This document shows positions 36,874-49,202 of a stretch of DNA of 64,000 bases, in pieces (position 1 is the first letter of the stretch; every line of letters begins with the position of its first letter). The notes beneath the pieces are model-generated. The model was not told the DNA's origin. It made no database searches and saw only the letters and a program-made list of their open reading frames with translations. The position numbers and the translations under genes were made by a program. The DNA is from Chlorokybus atmophyticus (lineage: Eukaryota > Plantae > Mesostigma and Chlorokybus algae). The DNA lies in the NCBI GenBank assembly GCA_009103225.1, contig RHPI01002069.1, positions 1,017,378-1,081,377 of the forward strand, in the 5' to 3' direction.

Positions 36874-39527
36874 ATGATGGCGGCGCTGTCATGCGGCGGT
36901 GTGTCTCACCAGTGGCATGGCGGCTGCGGTCGGAGAAGGCGCAGCTGTCGTCTTCCTGTGCGCTGCGCCGCCGCCAGGCCGCCGCGACTGCGTGCAGCGG
37001 TGGCGGCATGGTGGGACGGGGTGAAGGCGCTCGAGGAGGCCACAAGGCCGGGAGTGGCTCCTGAGATGGCGCAGCGGATGCAGAAGAAATGGGAGGAGCT
37101 GCCTGACCACGTCAAGACTCCTTCGCAGATGCTAGGCAGGGGTTTTTGTATTACATGCATGTGTCCAATGCAAACGGGTATAGTATGTTCTAAGCTGACT
37201 TGTGTAGTAGTCTACGATAATAGGAAGCACAGATGAGCGGACGCATGCATATGAGAGTGACGTCCCGCCCAGGGCATGATGGGCGGATACTGATTGTCCT
37301 TTCTGCTTGCATGCATGCATTGCCCACGACTCGCTTAGATCATCAATCAGTCACTTACTTACCAACTCACAAGCTTGCATGCATGTTTTGTTGGACACGC
37401 ACGCTCCACGTATGGTGCACACATCCACACTTCCTTTGTTCGCCCACCAAGACAGCCACGTGACACGCGAGCCCAAGCGCATAGCAGTAGTTTTGTACTC
37501 CACCACGCTCAGTAGTGCACATCACAGTATGTTGCTGCCCTCCCCCCACGCGCAGGCAAGATCACGATGGGGTGCGAAGGCACGCACGGGGTCTTCCCCC
37601 GATGCAACTTCGCATGGTGAGTGAGTGCAGGTGCACGCACATATGAGAGAGAGAGAGAGATACATAACAATACTCATTGTGTAGCCAGCCTTGCTACCAC
37701 GGTGCGGAGGCGAACCGCGTGCGCACGGACGGGGCCCACACCCTCGCGGAGGTGCAGCGACAGATGGACTTCTTTGAGCACGCGCATGGGCCGCACGGAC
37801 ATTGCCAGCTGATTGGAGGAGAGGTCAGCCAGGGAGGATGATGATGTGGCGTGCTGCAGTGACACGCATGCACATGTACATACACAAACGCCCACAAGCC
37901 CACACACACGAGCAAGCGCGCATGGGCACCCGCACACACGCACGGATGAGCACGCAAGCATGCGCGCACGCGTACTTAGGACACACCCACACCCACACAT
38001 AGGCCCATACATACGTGCACATACGTGCGCCCACAGGCCCACAGGCACGCACATGCGCGCCCGCGCGCACACTCTCTCATGCACACGTGCGTGCCTGCAC
38101 TCATGCATGCGTGCATGCGCACACACGCACACATGCTGTCAAGGTCTCACTGCTTGAGCCGGAGGACCACGCGCGCGTTCTGGAGTCCATGCGCGAGCGC
38201 GGTCGCGTGCCCATGAGCTTCACGCACGGGGACTTTGACTACGACTACCTACTACGCCTCGCCACCCACCCTGATGGCGAGTCAATCACCAACACTTGGA
38301 GCAACTCTCTCTCACACACCAACACTTGGAACAACCGCATCAACACTCACTCATGCTTCGCAGGCAGCCCCCGCACAGACTGCCTGCGCTTCGCCATACA
38401 CTTTGGTAACTCCATACTACACTCTCTCACTCACAACTTCACTCAATTGACTCCACGCATTCACACTCAGACAAGTACATGCGAGGGCGGCGTGGGTTCC
38501 CGCACTCCACGACACTGCGCGAGTCCGATCTCATGCCTGCGCGAGCGGCCTTCATGGCGGCCTGCGCGCGGCTGCAGCGCGAGACAGGCGTGAGCACGTA
38601 CGTCGCACACAACATGACCGTGCTACCAGGCAACCTCAATGAGGTGCGCTCGCGTGTAGTCGTTGACAAACGTGCGCGTACGTGTGGGTGCGCATGCGCG
38701 TACATGTTGGCTGGTTGTGCCAGATCTCCGGCGTGATCCGCGACTGCGTGTCCTCCAACCTCAACATCCGCCTCTTCTCCTTCCAGCCCGCCGCCTACCA
38801 GGGCGACTCCCGCCGCTGGTCCTCACAACACAACAACAACAACTACTCCCTCCTCTCCGCCGAAAACGGTGAGGGCGTGTGGCGTGAGATCGAACGCGGG
38901 GCGGGGAGGAGATTACCTTACCACATGATGCAGATGGGGGATGAGAGGTGTAACCGCAGCTGCGCGGGAGTGTATGTTGGGTCCATCTTCGTGCCATTTT
39001 TTGATGAGGGGGATGAGGAGGTGAGAGATGTGGTAATAAAGAGGCTCGGGTCGTTCGTGTCGGGGTCGTTGTGGATTTTGTTCGTGAAAGCCGTGCGGGC
39101 GGCGATGGCGAACCCGCGTGATGCGGCCGTGGCGTTGCGTTGGGTTGGGAGTTTTGTGCAGCGTGCGGGCGGGGTTCACGCTATTTTCAGACATGGCGTG
39201 AAGCCGGTGACGTTTGTCATGCATCGGTTTATGGATGCGGAGGTGGTTGTGAGAGCGTGGGACGCCCTCGAGAAGGGTGTTGTTCTTGTTGGTGGTGATG
39301 AGGATGGGGGTGGTGATGAGAGTGTAAGGTTGTTGAAGGAGACGCAAGAGAGACTCCAAGCGTGCTCGTACCTCATGGCGCATCCCGGGTCGGGGAGGTG
39401 CGTGCCGGCATGTGTTCAACACGCCGTCTATGATGTGCATGAGAACAGAGCGCTCGCAGAGCTGTTGCCTTTGAGCGGCAGCAGCAGCAGCGCTTCTTTG
39501 CAGCAGTTGGTGGACTTCACGCCGTGA
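36874..39527 (+). CDS. Radical SAM enzyme of a bacterial-type family, with an organellar transit-peptide-like N-terminus
   Basis: Spliced protein WEELPDHVKTPSQMLG..MGCEGTHGVFPRCNFAC|QPCYH (CxxxCxxC), CQLIGGE|VSLLEPEDH, PMSFTHGDFDYDYL, YVAHNMTV, FSFQPAAYQGD, MGDERCNR. At least 5 GT-AG introns. Confidence 0.85.
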
Positions 39528-40116
39528 CACGTGCACTCGCATACTTGAATGCATCAAGAAGTCACTGGAGTGGCGCTGGAGCAATTATTTAAGTTGTGTC
39601 ACCCATTCAGATACGTGATTTGTATAGCTGATTATTGTGGGTTGGGATTGCTGCTTGTAGAGCATTGTGTATTATTGAGGGTTAGAGCCTGCTCACTTAG
39701 GAGGGCTTGAGCGATAGGCTCATGAGGTGTGTATGCAGCAGGTGCGCCATTGGTGAAAACATTGAATAGTTCACGATTGTTTACTCATCAATGGCAAGGT
39801 CATCATATTGCCACGGTGTAATTGAATTACAGACTGGCATGTATAGCAACTGCTGCCTTGGTCCTCCACGAGCCGTGAAGCAATGTGCAGAGTTGAGACT
39901 TGCACAGTGGCATAGCTCTTTAGGTTGGCGTGTATAACTCACAATTGCAACAACTCGTGTGCCAATGGCTTCTGCAGTCCCTCTCATACTCTGTCAATGC
40001 CAACACAAGCATTTTTAGCTGTAGCTGCCACATGTGGCGACTTGGAAAAAACTCTAGTCATCAACATGACAAGAGCGTACGCCACTACTTATGTGCCGTA
40101 ATAGACATCTTTGTGG

Positions 40117-42955
40117 TCACCACACGCTTCTAGGCGCCCACGTCCCGTTGGTGAGCTCGGCCCCTTCGGGTACGATGACGCCGGCGATCCACTGCACTTC
40201 TTCTGGAGCGTTGGGGTGTCTCTGGCGGTACTCATCCGTGAACCGGCCGCGCATGTTCACCTCGGGCTGCCATGGAATCTCTTGAAACTTGAGCCAGCAG
40301 TCCCCAAACGTGTGCTGCAAACAGTCAGAACAACAGCTTGAGTAAGGGAATTGTTCAGGTGTCGTTCGTGTGTGTGTGTGTGTGTACATGCACACTCACG
40401 CGTGCATGCACGCATGCACACACATGCATGCATGTGCTTGCATGCGTGTGTGTGTGTCCGCGTGCTGATATGTATACTCGTGCACGCACATGCATGCGCA
40501 TGCCTACCTTGTGAGCGTCTGTTTCAAAGCACGTCTGTTGCGAGCACCACGCCCACGTGTTGCACGGCAGGTTCTTGAACGGCCCGCGCCCGAGCAGGCC
40601 CGGGACGTGACGCCTGCAGGCCTCGCAGCAAGCGGCTGCGCTCGGCTTCTTGTTCGTCGTACCCCACACCACCGCGATGCCGTCAAGGTCTGCCTTGTCC
40701 GACTGCAGGCACTGCCCATCCTGTGAGCATAAGTGTACAGACTTTGTTGATTGAGGATCTAATCTGGTAGAGACAGACAGAGACAGACATGTGTGCGGGC
40801 GTGCGCGCGCGCAGACGCGTATGTTCGTGCATGTGATTGCACTTATGTGCTTGTGCGTGTGTACCGTTTCAGCCTCTTCTGCAATTGGCGGGGGAGGCAG
40901 GCCTTGCGCATGGGCTGCAGCGCGCGCGATGTCTCTCAACTGTCCTGGCTCTTGTTGGCTTAGCGACCTGCAGTACGTGTTAGGGGAAACACTGGTTAAG
41001 CTAAGTTATGCAAAGAGAGCTGTGCCTGAGACCGTCGACTCTGTTATCACATGTGACAGCGGCTCACGTAGCACAGGAACATGGCAGACAACAAGACCCA
41101 ATGCAGGCTGATTGCAAATTCAACGCTACCACCATAATTACATGCATGCCAATGGTGCGGGCTTCAGTGTCTTCAACAACTGTGCTGCACCAACTGAGCC
41201 GACACGCCAGCCATGCCTGTTGACAAAGCACTCTACCTGAGCATCTGAAAAGCCCAGGCTCTTGCTGTTGAAGAGCGCTCGAGGCAGTTCACATCCACAT
41301 GAGCGTAGGCGTCCGTGGACGGTGAGCCGCACTCTCTTTTCATGTTGTCGTAGTCCCGCGACACTGGACCTGCAGGCAACAGACAACCATCCATGGCGCT
41401 CGCTTATATCAGAGAGTGCGCATGTGTTTGGCAATGATCGCTTGCCTTCCTGCCCTTTCAGCATCTGCTCCAGCCTGGCTATCAGATTGTCCTGCACAGA
41501 GTCAGGAAACTGTTGGCTTCTCACCTTCTTGATTAACTGCTTCATGCAGGGTCATGCACATGCGGCCGCGCAGACTACCGAAAGCCGAACACACGATGCA
41601 CATACACACACACACTACCTGCAGTTTCAAGAGCAATCGCTCCTCATCCCTGGCCACGTCGGCGTCGCTGTACCACGCCCCCGATGTCCACGGCACCGAA
41701 GGTCCTCTTGTCATAGCCTCCCTTCTCTCGGGCAACGCTGCATGCTTCAGCCAGCACTCCTGCATGGCACGAGTCAGAGTGACGATTTGATGTTGTTGTG
41801 GACACATAACATGAGATAACTGTGCTAAGGCTTGTGTTCTTGCCTGATACTTGAAGAAACCGCAGCCAGCAGGGTTGCTGCAGTACACGAACACGTTGCA
41901 TTCGGGTTTGTTGGGAGGCGGGTTCACCATCGCATCTTCACACGCCTTTTGGCATTCCTCGGGAGAGTTCTGTGCAACATGAAATCAGCAAAAACAAGAA
42001 AAAAACAAGTGGGCCAGTACTGACACGATACATTGTGAAGTTCGACCGGATCAAAACAATCTCTCTTCTCATGCACAACCCCAAACCTTGAGGTGGTTGA
42101 CTCCCCACTGCACGGCCTCGCCCGCATAGTCGGCATGCGGCTCGACGTGCCACGACTTGTCCTCGGACGGCGACTGCCTCACTTCCTTGAACGACAATAT
42201 TGCCTGCATTCGAGGGGGTTGATGCATGCGGGGCTATTCACTACGCAAAAAAAGCAAGTGCTTCCGTTAACAAGCTTGCAACAAACAGTAACCTACCTCT
42301 CTTGTGCCTTGCAGTCGGTCTTTACTGCCGATGTCTTCCAGCAAGATTTCCACCTCTGTGCGCGGCTTGCTGCTGCTGCTGCTAGTTGGCGTGTGCTCGA
42401 AGAGCGGCGCGCTGCCCAGGTAGGTCAAGTAGAAGGCGGCGACGAACAGAACGACCAGCAGTAACGGCCGAGTGACCTGCTCTCCCCAAAGACAAGACAG
42501 TCAGTGTGGGTGCAGGTGCGGGTGGGGATGGGGGTGGGGGGGCGCATGTGCGTCTGGAGATGCCTGTATAGATGTGCATGCGTGTCTGTGGGGGCGCGTG
42601 TGTGTCCGGGTAGGGGTGGGGGTGGGCGTGCCCCCACAGACACGCATGCACATCTATACAGGCATCTCCAGACGCACATGCGCCCCCCCACCCCCATCCC
42701 CACNNNNNNNNNNNNNNNNNNNNNNNNNNNNNNNNNNNNNNNNNNNNNNNNNNNNNNNNNNNNNNNNNNNNNNNNGGGGAGTATACGACATTGTGTATGC
42801 TGCCGACGGCTATTGGGTGAGCTGCAAACTCACAAGCTAGACGACTGGTTCAAATTCAAGTGCGAGGACGTCAAGTCAATCAACCCAAAGCAAACTACAA
42901 CCAGCGACAAACCAGATGCGTGTAAACATACCTGTCGTCCACGCTTTGCAGCCAT
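40117..42955 (-). CDS. Type II membrane protein with two PAN/Apple-like Cys-rich domains
   Basis: MAAKRGRQ|VTRPLLLVVLFVAAFYLTYLG (TM). Domain 1: HADYAGEAVQWG..EECQKAC..CNVFVYC..C..|ECWLK. Domain 2: ADLDGIAVVWG..AACCEAC..CNTWAWC..C..|GDCWLK. Intron 1 spans the N gap. Confidence 0.75.
42522..42703. repeat. Perfect 73-bp inverted repeat with a 36-nt spacer, abutting the assembly gap
   Basis: Arm 42522-42594 is the exact reverse complement of 42631-42703. Confidence 0.85.
42704..42775. other. Assembly gap (72 N)
   Basis: Run of n characters. Confidence 1.
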
Positions 42956-43724
42956 GCACGCAGCCCCCCGTACCAGTAGGCTTTACACGTCAAAGGACCG
43001 CGGCATTGTTTGCAAACAGAAGAGACTGAGAATAGAAGTGGTGCGCGAGGCGGCTTTCGGCACCTGCTAATCAATCGCACCCCAAACTCTATTCCAGCCA
43101 GCTACCTGCAGATGCTAGCATGCTGGAAGCATCAGTGCTCAACGACGTCGGCAAAAGTGCTTCCACGCGCTACTATCTGATCGGCTTCAACTGCCAGTGT
43201 TGGTGAACTACGAGCTGTAGTTGACCACCAGCTGCACCAGCAGCTTGTGGTCTCAGATGGTAGCTCCACCAATCAAGCTCTCACGTAATCTCTATCTCAT
43301 TCCTTACTCCATACGAGACAATCCCCACTGGCCGTACCCGCCTTCTCCTCCACCGCCGTCGCCGCCTCCTCCGCCTCTTTCGAAAAACAAGTGTGGCGCA
43401 GGCATGTTGGACTTTAATGTGGTTGCAAGGTACGCCTTAACCAAGCAGCGGATGCTTTGCGTTGTCCTGTTTGTTAGCGTTAAGCAACTTGTTGTAACCT
43501 GCCAGCACCTTAACCAAAAGGCAAAAAGCGTGCTGACGTGTGAAGATGAATATTGCGGGGGAGATTAGGCCAGAGCTGCCTGCAGGGCGGCGTGAGGCAG
43601 CGGCGGCGGCGGTGGCGTAGGTGGACGTAGAGGTGCTTGTGCAGGTGCTAGTGGAGGTGGACGTGGAGGTGGAGGTGCAGGTGGAGGGTGTTGCTGCGTG
43701 TGAGCTGAAGAGGAGAGGAAGGGG

Positions 43725-46700
43725 ATGGAGGAGGATGAGGCGGCGAGGGTGAAGGACAAGCTGGTGGAGCTGCTGGATGCCGGCCCGGACATGCAGGAGC
43801 TCACGGAGAAGAAGCTGCGACACCAGATTGAGGAAGCGCTTGGTGGGTACTCCTCAGCAGCATCGTCATTGTTGACATCACCAGTTTACCTTAGTGCATG
43901 CAGGCTCTTACCTGCTGTCTCACCTTCAACTGCACGCCAGCCGTTGCTTTATTCTTTAAAACCTGCATGCAGCTGCTGCAATGCCATGCTGCTTCACTGA
44001 TTTGACTTCTGTAGTGCGGGATGATGCCATTGCTAGTGCGGCGTCGCACACATTGAAAGCTAAAAACTACTCAGCATGCTGTGTCCGTTCCACTGCTGTG
44101 AGGTTCTGCTTTATGCTCAGCATTGATTGAGCGTTGTAGAGCGGTTGTGTCTTCTTGCTCGAGCAACAAGACACTATCATGCTTCGAAATCAGTCAATCA
44201 CTGAGGGATGGTTGGCCACATTGCACCTCGCATGGGTGGGGTGGCACTCTTGCAGCAGACCTCTGTCGCTGCTTTGGCGTGCCTTGCGCTGCCATGGTTG
44301 CTACTAACAAAGTAATAATGACCGAGACTGTGCCTCTGTTGAGAGCAGGAGTGGACATGGAAAACCCAGACATGAAGAAGCTAGTGAAGTAAGCATGCAC
44401 CTGTCACGGCTGGTTGTTATCTTGCAAACTGCATGCTTAGCATCGCTCTGCTGGCTGTGCTTGTCACAGCACCGCATGCAAGCAGATTTAGCTCTTCTCT
44501 GCCTACAGTTATTTTGTTGTTGTTGTGCAGAAAGGAACTTCAACAGTGGCTGGAGAACCAGGACAATGAGGACGGCGGTGACAGCGGTGATAACGAAGAT
44601 GATAACGATAAAGAGGAGAACAAACATTCACAGCACAAAAATGTCGACAGTAAGGAGGGCAAAAAGCAACCAAAGCAGCAGCAGGACGGCAGCGAGCCAG
44701 CTGAGTCCCAAAGCACAGAGAAGAGCGACCCGCATGCAACAAACAGGTTCCCGCCTTCGTGCAGTAAGCGGCAAGCAGGTGATGCAATGCAAGACCCCAA
44801 CGAGCCCCCGGTCCTGCTGTACGCGGGCCAACATTTAGAAAAGGAGAAAGAGAAGTGGAAGAAGGATGCTGAGGAGGGGGATAGCGAGCAGGATGATGGA
44901 GGGTGTAAAGGCGAGGACAGAGTGAAGAAAGCCAAGGAGCAGCCCAAAGACGACTGCCAACGCAAGATGAAGCCGCAGCGTCTGGAAGAAAAGAGCGGGA
45001 AGGACGACTCGGTGCCTTTGTTCGCCGGCCAACACATGGAGAACAATGATGATGAAGATGATGATGGTGATGAGGGTGAGGGTAACAACAAGAAGGGGCA
45101 CAAGCGCAAGGCTCACCATGACAAGGAGCAAGCTGAGGATGACATGCGAGAGCACGATGGTGAGGTGCAAGAGGACAACATGAAGAAGTCGCAGAAGAAG
45201 GAAGCGAAGGCGAAGGAGGGCGAAGCGGACACACGAGAGGCTCACAAGGAGCTGCAGCACGAAAAGGACGAGGCTGATGACAAGAAGGACAAGCAGCAGA
45301 CATTGCGGCATATGAAAGAAGATGAACTTAACGAGGATGATGATATGCATGAGGACAAGAAGAACAGGAGTAAAAAGCGACATCATGGGGAGGAGGAGGT
45401 GGGTGATGATGCTGACAAGAAGAAAAGGCAGAAGCACAAGGAGAAGGAGGACGAGAACGAGGACGAAGAGGAGGAGGAGGAGGAGGATGAAGACATTGAG
45501 GAAGAGCCCATGGATGATGCAGGCGAGATGGTGCAGGCTCCAGCCGGGGAGCTACAAGCGGGGCGGATGGTCAAGCCGCAGCAGAATGAGGACGCTGCCA
45601 TGGAGGCCAATGCCGAGGCCATCCGGCACAAGCGCATCGAGCAGGAGGAAGAAGCCAAGCTGCAAAAAACGCGAGGCGCCAACGGGCAAGACGAAATCAT
45701 TGTGTGCGAGGTGTGTTGGACAGATTACAGACCAATGATCAACTTGCACGCAACTTGCATAGCAATCAGGTTATACTGTCAGTGCGTGCATGTGCTGCAT
45801 GCGTGCTTCAAGTTGGGCAGTGTTAGTTGCCTCCGAATAAGCCTTGCGATTCAAGGTGTTCAAAGCAAGCCAAATGGAATCTGTATCAACTGGCTTATCT
45901 TTGCAACTACGCATGCAGATGGGCAAGCGGCGAGCGACGGTTTCCCCATACAAGGGTACACTCCTGCTGTCGCTTCGGGAGTACTATGAACGAGACGGCA
46001 AGATGTGTCCCGGGAAAAAAGGTGCTCAAAGTCAAAATTTAATGCATGGGATAAATTCTAATCGTGTCCTTACTAACTAGCATTGAGGATGTTTACTTTT
46101 GATACGATAAGGCTGTCACACCAAACTGATGTGCTTGTTCAATCTGTCTTGATGCTATGCATGGTTTGCTTCTGGGCGGCTAAGTGAGTGCTGGTTGTGC
46201 AGGCATCAGTCTGAAGAAGGATGAGTGGAAGATACTACAAAAGCATATTGACGACGTCAACTCTGCATTTCAGTCGTATATGTATGTAATCTGACAACTC
46301 TCTTTATATCTGTTGAGCTGCTTGTACGAAGTTGGTTCTTCGCGCCGCACGTGTCCGGCGCACAACTACTCCTGTCTTTGGCTATTACTCAAATCAGTTG
46401 TTTGATCTTTAAGCAGTACGGGTGATGACGCTGTGGCGCGTAATCTGAAAAAGATAGAGGGGGACGATGGCCGAATGGAGTATCTGATATGCGAGGTAAG
46501 CCACGCGCATGAAAGTCGTGGCGGTGAGGTTTATTTCGGCTTGCTTGCTCGTGAACTGATAGCTGATCTATTTGACACACATGCAAGATGGGCAAGAGGA
46601 GAGTCACTGTGTACAGATGGCAGAAGATCCCAATGGTCAACATCCGGGAATACTATGAAAAGAACGGCAAGCTGCTGCCGGGTCCGAAAGGTATGTTTTG

Positions 46701-46868
46701 AGTCTTTGCCAATTGCAGTGGAGTAGTACTTTATGCAGCCACTCATGACTTTCGTCAACTCAGTTATACGCATTGCCAACAGGGATTGTGTTGACGCACG
46801 AGCAGTGGCACACTCTTTCTGAGCGTCATGAGCGCGTGGATAAGGCGATGACCATGTTTGAAAAATGA
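43725..46868 (+). CDS. KELP-like transcriptional coactivator: DEK-C domain, long acidic/basic linker, two PC4 domains
   Basis: DEK-C: LTEKKLRHQIEEAL|GVDM...LV|KKELQQWL. PC4-1: MGKRRATVSPYKGTLLLSLREYYERDGKMCPGKK|GISLKKDEW. PC4-2: MGKRRVTVYRWQKIPMVNIREYYEKNGKLLPGPK|GIVLTHEQW...FEK*. Confidence 0.85.
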
Positions 46869-49202
46869 AGGCAGTTGTGTGCTCCAGTGCGCAGGCAGAG
46901 GGGATGTTCCCTGTGCCAGATGCTCTCTGGATGCGGTTGCTGTCATAATCGTGTATATATACACCCTTTCAGGGCTAGTTTCAGTCAGTTTGGCGCATGC
47001 AAGAGGCTGCCCAGCCGCTCAGCTGTTGTTGGAGTGACGCAGTCATCTTGCATTATGTGCGCAATAGGTTTACAGAGGCATGCTGCCTATTCTCTGTCAG
47101 CCATGCGCATACTTATTTAGATTAGGACACGGTACACAAGTGCACGTATATATCCAGACGATGTGTTGGAATAGTTGTCGTCTGCTCGAACTTAGTCAAC
47201 AACACAGCCTCGCGCTTATCTTGTACACCCGTGGTGGGTTGCAGAGTGCTGCCTTGGTACGATGCAACATGTTCTGCTGCTGGTGACTAGTCGTACCTGC
47301 CTTGCTGTACAGGATATGCTGCCAGTAGTGTACGGGATATGCTGGCAGTAGTTGGAGACATGCATAACCTCACTCACAGCATGCCAAACAGCAACATGCA
47401 AGCACATTACAACACAACCACCGGGCTGTACACACTGTTTATACGCAGCAATATACTGCGGTGTTTCTTCACATGTAGTATCAATGCAAGTTGCAGTAGG
47501 TAGGAGCCTGCTTCAGCCATGCAAGTGTCCTGTTGTGTTCCAAACAGTTGTGTAATCGGTCGACATAACTCGCATAAGAGCTGGTGAACAAGCAAGTTCA
47601 AGCTGAAAGGGGCCCAACATGAATCACTGGTGATGGCTGGTATGTGATGCTATGCTGCTCCTGGCATGCTCTATGCATAGGGTATGAGTCATATTTGCAA
47701 GATTGCAAGCAAGCATGCAGTCCGTGCTCACAGCAGCCAACAGTCACACAAGCTAGCAAGCAAGGCCATACACTTAAAACTTACCCCCGGGGCCAACCTA
47801 CCACTATGCGCTGAATGACCTATGTGCAATGCCGTTGGTGAAGCAGGCAGCAACAGCGACAGCAAACACAAATCAACCAACCAATCTGAGCGCACAAGCG
47901 TAGGCACAGTTAGCGTTGAAGTAGAGGCTTGGTGTAGACGCACAGCAAGGACGTGTGATGTGGTTTGTGTGATGGTGTGCTGTGCACTACGCCCGCCCTC
48001 TTCCCCGCCACTCTCTCCCCCGCTCTAGTGTTGCTCGGCGGCTCGTTAGGGTTGCGATGCTGCAGCAGTCGTGAGTCTTAGGTCGTAGGCAGTAGTCGTT
48101 AACAGGCCAGTTAGTGTCATGTCGTCAGTCAGTCCTCAAGCATGAATGCCATGGTAACTGGGCACACTCACAGCACCATAGCAACAGCTACCAAGCAGAC
48201 AAGCTGCTCCCGTCATGTACGAGCTCACCTGCACCTACCTGTCACCCCCCCGGGTTGCCTCGCAGTCGCACCTATGGGTGGTTACGGATGCCCTCACAAG
48301 CATTGACCACCTGCATATACAAATGCAACGGTGAGAGGTCATAAATGTACCCCGGTTGCCTTACCATCTTCGCCCTCAGTTTACGCAGCAGGTCTCGCTT
48401 TCTGTAGCCATATGGACACATGGCTACTATAAGCCGTTTCATATCCAAGAGGAAATGGGGTCTGAATGTGCACACTCTGGTGAACCTGACATACTAGGAC
48501 ACAACCACGTTCAGCTTAATCACAGTGGCAAGATCAGATAGTGGATGCGGAGCGCGCAACACAAGCACTCTGAAATGCTAGCTCCGTAACTTGTCATTAA
48601 ACCTGGTGCAAACACCATGGTTAACTGTCTGGAAGACCACCAAGACAAGAAAGGGCAACAGCTCCTGATGCATGTGCCGTGCATGAATTGTACACACTCC
48701 AAAAACAAGAAAGTATGTTTTGTTGTACATACGACGCAATCCTTGTACCCCCTCCCTCCCCTTACCCAACAAGTTAAACAACAGAATCCCACCAAAGGAG
48801 AGACAAATTATGCACGGGAGTCAGCAGCTGCACAGCCTGCAGCACAGACCTTGCTTTGCTGCTGAAGTTTCACAGCCGTTGCCTCATGATTTCAGTTGCA
48901 CAGCCACATGCACATGACCGGAGCTTGACTGAAAGCAGTGCTTTGTCTAGCAGGATGACGCAGTAGACAAAAATGTAGTCCTTCCAAGTAGCAGTGATGG
49001 CTGAGAATCGGCATGCAAGATGCAAAGCTGTCTGACACTAGTTGAGGATTGCCTCAGCATGACCATGACTGAGCAACAGCTAGTACCACAGCATAACTGA
49101 GCCTGCAATTGCAACGCACAGCATAAACTGCTCCCAATGTTGCACTATTTGTACCTGCACATGTTTCTTAACCTGTACTCAACTGTACGCCTGCGACCAG
49201 CA

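Noticed and set aside
37850-38140. H/T/A/R- or C/V-rich ORFs here and at 25030-25310 and 40355-40500
   Set aside because: Translations of intronic CA/TG microsatellite-like sequence.
38913-39584. 223-aa antisense ORF
   Set aside because: Shadow of the radical SAM last exon; no motifs.
42472-43070. ORFs spanning the N run
   Set aside because: Open only because Ns were translated as X.
44509-45437. 189-264 aa antisense ORFs
   Set aside because: Shadows of the low-complexity E/D/K exon of the KELP-like gene.
47000-48900. Possible exons (KRDLLRKLRAKM|VVNACEGIRNHP*) and a telo-box-like site near 48047
   Set aside because: Could be extra 3' exons of the NUMOD3 gene or a separate small gene; cannot be resolved without transcripts.
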